Part shown: positions 57,499-64,000 of the stretch, piece after piece
Numbering within the stretch: the stretch's first letter is position 1
Layout of the letters: each line of letters begins with the position of its first letter
Source of the DNA: a virus
Taxonomy: Duplodnaviria > Caudoviricetes
IMG/VR virus record: IMGVR_UViG_3300032307_000764
Span: 32,001-96,000 of that record
Length of the DNA stretch: 64,000 nucleotides
Reading direction: 5' to 3' (one strand)
Notes under the pieces: model-generated
The model's database searches: none
What the model was told of the DNA's origin: nothing
Seen by the model: only the letters and a program-made list of their open reading frames with translations
Translations under genes and position numbers: made by a program

Positions 57499-60315
57499 AT
57501 GCCACAGATTAACATATTAAACATTCTCCAAGGAGATAATCAATCAACAATAGTTGATAAACTTAACTATAATTTTGATCAGATCCTAAGTGCTGGTGGA
57601 GGTCCTCAGGGACAAAGAGGAATCGAGGGTCCAACTGGACCTATAGGACCTCAAGGACCTCAGGGGGTTCAAGGACCTCAAGGACCTTCTGGAACCAAAT
57701 GGTTCGTACAAGAGACATCGCCCGCTTCAGGAGGTATTACTGGATCAAATCCTTGGCAATTCCCAACAATTGGTGATTATTGGCTTGATCCTGATTCAGC
57801 AACACAGGAAATTTATGTTTTTAGTGCAACTGGATGGGTTAATACAGGATACGGTCTAGCTGCGGGAGACTTATTCCAAAAAGTTACTCCAATAGATATT
57901 AGTGGTGGAGGAACGGGTCAGGGTATACTAATAGCAGGAACAGCTTCTAATCAATCTTTAGTTTTATCTGATAATAGTGTTAATGATTACACCCCTGGTG
58001 GATCGGGAATAAAAAACATCAACTACGAGAATGCAAAATTGAAAATTGCAACAGAAAATTCAAGAACTAAAATATTAAGTTTTGGTAGAGCAGATTTCGA
58101 TACTACAGTGGGTGGATCAGGAACAACAGGTAATCAAAGGAATCCTTCTATAGATTGGGATGCTTCAGTTTCTGGGTCTAATTATTACGATATTTCTTTT
58201 AGAAACCCTGGAGGATCTATATCAATATCATCGCTATCTTCTGCAGCTTCTGGAGGTGTTAATATATTTGCAAATGGCGAGATTAGCTCTGAATCATCTG
58301 CTGATAACATCATATTAAAAACAGCTTCTATTAATAAAGGCATATTTGTTAATACAGCATCTAATGGTGGATTTATAGAATTTAATACTAACGGATCAAC
58401 TAATCAAGCTAATGCACCATTGTTTGCAAATGCAACGGGAGTAGGTATAGGATTAGGAACAGGAGAATTTAAACAAGGTGGAGCTGATGCAAGAAAGCTT
58501 GGTGTATATGGAAACGTAAGTATATCTAAAACAGTTTCAAAGCATACTGGAGATTTATTCACAGGTGATTCTTTAGCCCCCTTAAATAATGATAAGGGTG
58601 TTTTATTTGTCGAGGGATTTGGTGCTTTCGGTCATAACAATCCTACAGGTGTTCCTGCAGGTACATTATTTCCTACGACAGGTGCAGCAGAAGCGCAAGG
58701 AAGATTTCCCCAGGTTTGGGTTACTTCTCCTAACTATGGACCGGGATTACAAGTAAAAACATTAGGTAATGCTACATATACTTCACGTACCGTTATAGGT
58801 GACGGTGTATTCGATTATAATGCAGCAGGAGGTTTAAACGGAGTTGCTGGTACAGGATCAGATATAACTCAAGAATTTTTTGTAAGTAGCCACAATTTTG
58901 CTGCTAATGCTCCTATAATGAGTTATCAGCATAAGGTTTCAAACTCTTCGAATACTACAGGTACTGCCCCGGTATTTGCTGTGACTACATATTCTAATGC
59001 TGGTGTATATAATAGTAATACATCTGTGCAGAAGACTGTAATTCAGACTAGGAATTCAAATGCTTCTTTAATATTGCAAGCTAACTCTACAGGTCAGCCA
59101 GACAATAATAATGTTTCTATAGGAGCTAGAGAAAATTCTATGATATCTGTTTATGGAGGCCCTACTGGATCTACAGAATTCGGTACTGTATCTATTGGAT
59201 ATCAATCTAATACATATAAAGGGACTACAGGTAGCATAAGTTCTCTTGGTAATTTTCAGCCTCTAAGCGTGCTATCCCCTTCTATTAAGAATCGTGTTTA
59301 TGCTGATCATGCTCTTACCATTGGAGGCGTTCAAACAATAGGAACTTCTGATCCCAATTCATTATTTACTTCTGGAGTAAATCAGAGCTCTCCTGTGGGT
59401 GCGGTTTCTATGTTAAAGATTCATAGAAATTTGGGGGTATCAACTACAACATCAGGAACAGGTACATACGTAGGAAGTTCTAAAGGTCTTACTCCAATTG
59501 GAAATGATTATCCTAATGGATTAGAGATAACATCTTATATTCCTAATTCTTTTTCTTTAACTACAACTGGAAATAGATCAGTAGCTTTCGCAGTAGGTGC
59601 TTCAACTAATATTGCTAGCTCTACGGGTGCTAAGCTATATGCTAATACTACAGGTTTCTTTGTATCGGATACTGGTGAAAATATTGCGATAGGATCACAA
59701 CTGGATTTTACTACTGCATTAAATGTATCTGGTGCAGGATCTGATTTTGCAATCAGAGCAAAAGGGTCGATAGGGGTAACTGGTAACGTTGGTGTAACTG
59801 GAGATCTTACTGTTAGCTCTGACGGTATTTTCGGAGCTACTGCTTATGCAAACGGAGGGGAGATTACTACAGCATTAAAAGTTGGGACAACTGGAGGATC
59901 TGGATCCGTGACAATAAACGGAACTAGTCCAATAAAGAAAATAAATGCTGGTTACTGCTTTTTCTTTTTTAATGCAAATACTGGGCAAGATCCTCAGATA
60001 TATTATCCAGGGGGCGGGCCAACATCCACTGAATGGCCTTCATTTCCTTCTGGATTTGGGGTAAACGTAGTTTCTGGATCATCTAGTGCCAACGCAGCTG
60101 CTATAGTAATAACTCATCCTGTACAAGATGTACAAAAAACAGTTGTAAATATTACAGGAAGATATGCAGGAGGTGGATTTGATGATTCACTTACTACTTT
60201 TTTTACAACACAGCCCCAATCTACAACTACAGTGATTTATTTAAGATCCCCTTTATGGGCTGATAATAATAACGTTAAACTAGGTTTCAATTTTACATTT
60301 ATTGAATATGTATAA
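57499..60315 (+). CDS. Tail fibre protein with a collagen-like segment
   Basis: N-terminal DKLNYNFDQI motif, (Gly-X-Y)10 segment and a long Gly/Ser/Thr/Asn-rich beta body. Confidence 0.75.
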   Translation: MPQINILNILQGDNQSTIVDKLNYNFDQILSAGGGPQGQRGIEGPTGPIGPQGPQGVQGPQGPSGTKWFVQETSPASGGITGSNPWQFPTIGDYWLDPDSATQEIYVFSATGWVNTGYGLAAGDLFQKVTPIDISGGGTGQGILIAGTASNQSLVLSDNSVNDYTPGGSGIKNINYENAKLKIATENSRTKILSFGRADFDTTVGGSGTTGNQRNPSIDWDASVSGSNYYDISFRNPGGSISISSLSSAASGGVNIFANGEISSESSADNIILKTASINKGIFVNTASNGGFIEFNTNGSTNQANAPLFANATGVGIGLGTGEFKQGGADARKLGVYGNVSISKTVSKHTGDLFTGDSLAPLNNDKGVLFVEGFGAFGHNNPTGVPAGTLFPTTGAAEAQGRFPQVWVTSPNYGPGLQVKTLGNATYTSRTVIGDGVFDYNAAGGLNGVAGTGSDITQEFFVSSHNFAANAPIMSYQHKVSNSSNTTGTAPVFAVTTYSNAGVYNSNTSVQKTVIQTRNSNASLILQANSTGQPDNNNVSIGARENSMISVYGGPTGSTEFGTVSIGYQSNTYKGTTGSISSLGNFQPLSVLSPSIKNRVYADHALTIGGVQTIGTSDPNSLFTSGVNQSSPVGAVSMLKIHRNLGVSTTTSGTGTYVGSSKGLTPIGNDYPNGLEITSYIPNSFSLTTTGNRSVAFAVGASTNIASSTGAKLYANTTGFFVSDTGENIAIGSQLDFTTALNVSGAGSDFAIRAKGSIGVTGNVGVTGDLTVSSDGIFGATAYANGGEITTALKVGTTGGSGSVTINGTSPIKKINAGYCFFFFNANTGQDPQIYYPGGGPTSTEWPSFPSGFGVNVVSGSSSANAAAIVITHPVQDVQKTVVNITGRYAGGGFDDSLTTFFTTQPQSTTTVIYLRSPLWADNNNVKLGFNFTFIEYV
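57601..57693 (+). repeat. Collagen-like (Gly-X-Y)10 repeat
   Basis: GPQ GQR GIE GPT GPI GPQ GPQ GVQ GPQ GPS G. Confidence 0.95.
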
Positions 60316-60523
60316 GGAATGGTTCATACAAAGATATTCAGATATTCATGATGACCTGAATAAATTAGAAATGGAAATAGAAGAGCATTTAAAAAATAAA
60401 AGTGATCTACTATCTGATGATAAAAAATTAGAAGATCTGAAAAGGAAGACAATAGATACGATAGATCTATTAAATAAAACAAGAGAAGATGAAAGAAGAA
60501 TCTTTAATTACGAAAATTCTTAA
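60302..60523 (+). CDS. Small coiled-coil hypothetical protein
   Basis: 73 aa, charged and helical, overlapping both neighbouring genes. Confidence 0.55.
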   Translation: MNMYKEWFIQRYSDIHDDLNKLEMEIEEHLKNKSDLLSDDKKLEDLKRKTIDTIDLLNKTREDERRIFNYENS

Positions 60524-61286
60524 AAGAAAGGATTTAATTCTTTTAGGAGGTGTAGCTATACTTTGTTTAATGTTATTTAAACAATGTAATAACGCTTCTA
60601 ATTTGAAAAAACAATTAGAGATCCAGGATATGAATTTGGATGCTTTAAACGACACTGTACGACTTCAAAAAAATAAGGCAGGTGAGGATACTTATGTGAG
60701 AAAAACTCTTCTTGCAACTAAAGACAATTTAGAAAAACTAAATAAAGATCTTGCTGACGAATTAAAGAAAGTTAAAGGACAGGTTCTTGTTTTACAAAAT
60801 GTCGAAACAGTAATAGAAACAGACACACAATACGTAAACAATTATCTCACTGTTTATGCAGACGGAAGTTATAGTTTGGATTGGAAATTCGATACAATAT
60901 TTTCACCTAATAACTACAGAAAATTCTCGGGAAATAGCTTCTTTAAAATAGATTCCATCACACATAAAGTAACCCCAGGATCAACTAGAATAAATCAGGA
61001 TGAATTAGGATTCTCTTTCATAACCGGTATTAGAGAAAAAGATAAAGCCCTTGAAATATTTGTTACCCCAAAATATCCAGGAATGAGAATTACTGAAATC
61101 GAAGGAGCAATTATAGATCCTCATAAATCGGACGTTTTAAAATCAATGTTTCCAGATAAGAAATTCTCCGTTGGTCCTTACGTTGGTGTTGGTATAGGAA
61201 CGGGTTACGGATTAAACGGAAGCTCTATTACCGGCGCTATGTTTAATGTAGGTTTCTCGTTACAGTATTCTTTGTTTAAATTTTAA
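60489..61286 (+). CDS. Membrane-anchored coiled-coil protein with a C-terminal beta-strand signal (spanin-like candidate)
   Basis: Hydrophobic LILLGGVAILCLMLF then KQC; coiled coil; amphipathic C-terminal strands ending LQYSLFKF. Confidence 0.65.
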   Translation: MKEESLITKILKRKDLILLGGVAILCLMLFKQCNNASNLKKQLEIQDMNLDALNDTVRLQKNKAGEDTYVRKTLLATKDNLEKLNKDLADELKKVKGQVLVLQNVETVIETDTQYVNNYLTVYADGSYSLDWKFDTIFSPNNYRKFSGNSFFKIDSITHKVTPGSTRINQDELGFSFITGIREKDKALEIFVTPKYPGMRITEIEGAIIDPHKSDVLKSMFPDKKFSVGPYVGVGIGTGYGLNGSSITGAMFNVGFSLQYSLFKF

Positions 61287-61301
61287 GGAGATATAATAAG
61301 G

Positions 61302-61309
61302 AATATATA
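61302..61309 (+). promoter_or_regulatory. Putative late promoter AATATATA
   Basis: Lies 4 nt before the ATG at 61314, preceded by a related gatataat. Confidence 0.4.
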
Positions 61310-61313
61310 AGGC

Positions 61314-63662
61314 ATGGCTAGTTACACATCAACACAAAGGTTCGTTAAGTTAACAGATTACTTGTTACTGGAGTACGATTATACTACTGCTCCAAACCCT
61401 GAACAGTATTACGTTAACACTGGAACTCCTGCTGTTGGCTTTGAAAAAATAGTAAATGGATATTTTGATAATTCTGTTCAAATATTAAACAATCCAGCAT
61501 CTCAAGCTACAACTAATAACGTAAGAGATCTTAGCGTTGTACAGACGGATAAAAATAGATTTGTAACTTTAGATATGGATTATCTTGTCCAATATCTTGA
61601 TACAGATCCTAAATTAACATCGGTTTCAAATTTACCAGTAGTATTTCCCTCTAATATAGGAGTTTACTACGATTCATTAAAATTTCATATTATTTCCGGA
61701 TATAACTTTGATAATATCGACGGTATTATTCTTCAGGTTAAATTCCAAGAGCGAACTGGTAAAAAGGCAACTGTTTTACAATTAATAGTAACTAGTGCGG
61801 ATGTTACATTACCTGTATTAAATCCTAATCCCATTTATTTAGGTGGAGCTTTATATGACCATTACATAGAGGCTAAGATACCTGCTTTTGCAAACATGGT
61901 ATACGAGTTTGATATTCTTGCAGGTACTCCAGCACAGGCTAATACTTTAGGAGCTAAGATTTCTTCGGATGGTAAAGGATTTTTAAAAGATGCACCTGTA
62001 GAATTTACAGTATTTGAGATAAACCAGACGGTACTTAAAAATGGGTATGAAAATTACGTTGCTCAGACAAGATCACAGCTTGGTATATTCCCTAGGGATA
62101 ACTATTCTTCTTTATCGGCGGTAATCCAGCAGAACTCATTCTATAATTATCTTGAATACTATCCAACTTGGGATGGTAATTTTCTTGAGGATTTCTTAAC
62201 TGCAGAAGGAAAAGTTGGTGTAACTTACTATGTTGTTAATGAAATAGAGGTAAAAGAACAGGTAGGATTAACTTACATTACCACTTATAATTTTACAAAT
62301 ACACAGACTCAAGATTTCAATGCCCCTTACATATTTAGACCTGTTATAGTAAATCCTCTATCAACTTCTTTTGTTGTTAATTATACCATGAGATTAGTAA
62401 ACAAAACTAATCAGAATCAGATTATCAGAAGATCTTCTTTTAGCTCTTTCGATGTTAACAAATTTGGAAGAGAAAACAATGTTATAACATTAACTACTGG
62501 GGCATATGCTCAGAAAGTTTATAATAAAGTTGTACAAGCACCTAATGTTGTATCTCCAGTTGGAATTAATCCTACGGTTGCTGCTCCTATCGAAAGGAAG
62601 GTACCTGTTTTTTATAAAGACAATAACATATCAATAACACAAGAGAATATAACAATTGATAAGGACGGAAATGTTGTTTCTGAAACTTCATCTCCATCTT
62701 CGGCCACTGTTTACGGGCAGGGGAATGCTAAGATATTAATAGATCCTTTCGATAACTTCTATAAATTTACTGTTTATGTTTTAAGGGATGGTACAACCCT
62801 AGAGATATTGGACCTTGGTACATCTCTTACGTATTACATGGTATTTATTGACAATTCCGGACAGGAAGTAAGAATCGAAAATATAAAGAATAAGACTAAT
62901 ATATCGAATCCGTCTGCCGGACAAGTTGCTTTTAAATTAGTTGATACAAATTCTAAGAAAGTTCTAGGATTCTCTTCTAGAAGTTTTTATATAATTTCTA
63001 GAACACCCGACGGAATAGAAACTAAGTTATATTCAGGAACATGGCAGAACCAAGCAGAGTTTTCTGCCACAGTAACAACAACTGGTACAGCCGGAACTGC
63101 AGGAACATCAGGAACTGCAGGAACAAGTGGAGTTTCATCTTCCACTACCACAGTTACCCCTGCATCTACTACAGGAACAGCAACTACTACTACCGGATCA
63201 CAAGTAACCTCGAGTGTTCCTACAACTAAGGTAGTTAAACCACTTAAACCTTATGTTTTAGGAAGTAGTGCAATACTTAGTGTTAAACCAACATCTGAAG
63301 TTAATACAACCGGAGGATACGTTACTAGTAAGAATGGTGTTAATGTGAATGCTTCAAACACTAAATCTAGCACTCAATCTAATAACATAGATATTGCAGC
63401 ACTTGCTGATTCTATATCTGGTAAAGAAGCACAAGGATTAAATGTACAGAAAGTAGTTAATTACTATTTCACTCCTGGAGCTCCTGGAGCAGTTTTATTT
63501 AAAGGTATAAAACCTAGTGAATTCTTAACTGCAGCTCTACAGATTCATCCTAAATTAGAGAATGGTGAATTTGATAAAACTTACATTCAGTATTGTAATG
63601 CTTTAGATTTTCCAGTAACTAACGATCCTACTGCAACAGCAAATAAAGGAAAAGGAAAATAA
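61314..63662 (+). CDS. Putative structural protein with a Thr/Gly/Ser-rich linker
   Basis: 782 aa; beta-rich N-terminal and middle domains; low-complexity TTTGTAGTAGTSG linker; small C-terminal domain. Confidence 0.65.
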   Translation: MASYTSTQRFVKLTDYLLLEYDYTTAPNPEQYYVNTGTPAVGFEKIVNGYFDNSVQILNNPASQATTNNVRDLSVVQTDKNRFVTLDMDYLVQYLDTDPKLTSVSNLPVVFPSNIGVYYDSLKFHIISGYNFDNIDGIILQVKFQERTGKKATVLQLIVTSADVTLPVLNPNPIYLGGALYDHYIEAKIPAFANMVYEFDILAGTPAQANTLGAKISSDGKGFLKDAPVEFTVFEINQTVLKNGYENYVAQTRSQLGIFPRDNYSSLSAVIQQNSFYNYLEYYPTWDGNFLEDFLTAEGKVGVTYYVVNEIEVKEQVGLTYITTYNFTNTQTQDFNAPYIFRPVIVNPLSTSFVVNYTMRLVNKTNQNQIIRRSSFSSFDVNKFGRENNVITLTTGAYAQKVYNKVVQAPNVVSPVGINPTVAAPIERKVPVFYKDNNISITQENITIDKDGNVVSETSSPSSATVYGQGNAKILIDPFDNFYKFTVYVLRDGTTLEILDLGTSLTYYMVFIDNSGQEVRIENIKNKTNISNPSAGQVAFKLVDTNSKKVLGFSSRSFYIISRTPDGIETKLYSGTWQNQAEFSATVTTTGTAGTAGTSGTAGTSGVSSSTTTVTPASTTGTATTTTGSQVTSSVPTTKVVKPLKPYVLGSSAILSVKPTSEVNTTGGYVTSKNGVNVNASNTKSSTQSNNIDIAALADSISGKEAQGLNVQKVVNYYFTPGAPGAVLFKGIKPSEFLTAALQIHPKLENGEFDKTYIQYCNALDFPVTNDPTATANKGKGK
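63084..63131 (+). repeat. 9-bp in-frame (Gly-Thr-Ala/Ser)5 repeat
   Basis: ggt aca gcc gga act gca gga aca tca gga act gca gga aca agt gga. Confidence 0.85.
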
Positions 63663-63672
63663 TAATAAGTAG

Positions 63673-64000
63673 ATGATTTTAAATGCTAGGCAGAATGGTT
63701 TTATCTTTAACTTTCCGAAGTCTTTTATTTCGGATGATGTTATAGCAAAATATGAGGGATACATTAAAAGAATGCCTATCCCTTATGATACTGTTAATGA
63801 TTTTATTAATGCTACTATACAGCAGGTAAACTTTCCTACTCTTAGAACTATTGATACTACAGAGCAGATTAGACCTGGTGGGTTTAAACAAAGTTATAAA
63901 AGTTCAACAACTTTACAAAATTTAATTCAGAGAGATTTCACGGTTACTTTTAAGCTAGGAGAGGGGTTTATTAATTATTGGGTCATCTATGAGAATATGG
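63673..64000 (+). CDS. Tail tube-fold protein (gp3/gp19-like), truncated by the window edge, not in the ORF track
   Basis: Open frame from ATG 63673: MILNARQNGFIFNFPKSF...INATIQQVNFPT...QRDFTVTFKLGEGFINYW; resembles tube and terminator proteins. Confidence 0.6.
   Translation, partial: MILNARQNGFIFNFPKSFISDDVIAKYEGYIKRMPIPYDTVNDFINATIQQVNFPTLRTIDTTEQIRPGGFKQSYKSSTTLQNLIQRDFTVTFKLGEGFINYWVIYENM

Noticed and set aside
5099-57693. GT25 plus 2OG dioxygenase plus collagen as a Mimivirus or animal-style hydroxylysine glycosylation pathway
   Set aside because: The collagen segment has no Lys and no Y-position Pro, and the dioxygenase is PhyH-type rather than a lysyl or prolyl hydroxylase type.
57499-60315. 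Diversity-generating retroelement target in the tail fibre
   Set aside because: No reverse transcriptase and no template/variable repeat pair is visible in the window.
535-63891. Many short opposite-strand or alternate-frame ORFs in the track (e.g. 535-831, 5062-5394, 8765-9097, 17480-17815, 27085-27459, 43076-43441, 63679-63891)
   Set aside because: They lie wholly within longer ORFs that have recognisable motifs, show no motifs themselves, and are the expected shadow frames.
1-64000. Stop-codon reassignment (TAG or TGA), as in Lak and some crAss-like phages
   Set aside because: ORFs of 1700-2260 aa are open in the standard code, and TAG (1014, 18360, 18871) and TGA (467, 5102) end genes at sensible boundaries.
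19376-64000. Bacterial eCIS, tailocin or T6SS locus instead of a phage
   Set aside because: A gp13-like neck gene, phoH, T4-like late-promoter motifs, giant fibres and the absence of housekeeping genes favour a phage; capsid genes are not in this window, so this is not fully excluded.
1-64000. tRNA, rRNA or large structured ncRNA genes
   Set aside because: The largest intergenic gaps are about 150 nt (1731-1883) and 110 nt (45089-45197), are AT-rich, and show no cloverleaf or rRNA signatures.

Overview
AT-rich (roughly one-third GC by eye), densely coded window, almost entirely on the + strand, read in the standard genetic code. It is best explained as part of a large T4-like contractile-tailed (jumbo) phage genome. 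A Bacteroidota host is inferred from SD-less A-rich leaders, a SIS-only KdsD and Bacteroidota-type beta-propeller domains. Layout: (i) 1-1.7 kb, small hypothetical genes; (ii) 1.9-17.5 kb, a 21-gene glycan synthesis and tailoring operon with about 9 glycosyltransferase-like genes (three of GDP-fucose-type folds), gmd, a minimal DegT aminotransferase, kdsD-kdsA, fabH, acyl/acetyl and methyl transferases, an SGNH protein, a 2OG-Fe(II) dioxygenase, a cupin and an SDR; (iii) 17.5-19.4 kb, small genes including a Nudix hydrolase; (iv) 19.4-64 kb, a virion morphogenesis module (gp48/54-like, gp53-like, hub, gp5-like spike, gp13-like neck, gp25, gp6, a 2263-aa wedge/propeller protein, fibres, a spanin-like protein, a truncated tube-fold gene). 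A ribosomal protein S1 homologue, a divergent amidoligase and an inverted phoH are embedded in the structural module. A recurring RATAWATA motif (mostly GATATATA) sits just upstream of most operon starts and is a likely late promoter. The best candidate for a new system is a phage-encoded glycan assembly and acylation pathway next to the structural genes (possible virion glycosylation or host-surface remodelling), together with a phage S1 that may favour translation of SD-less late mRNAs. I saw no rRNA, tRNA, CRISPR array, integrase, capsid, portal, terminase or sheath gene. All family assignments come from motif recognition by eye, not from database searches.
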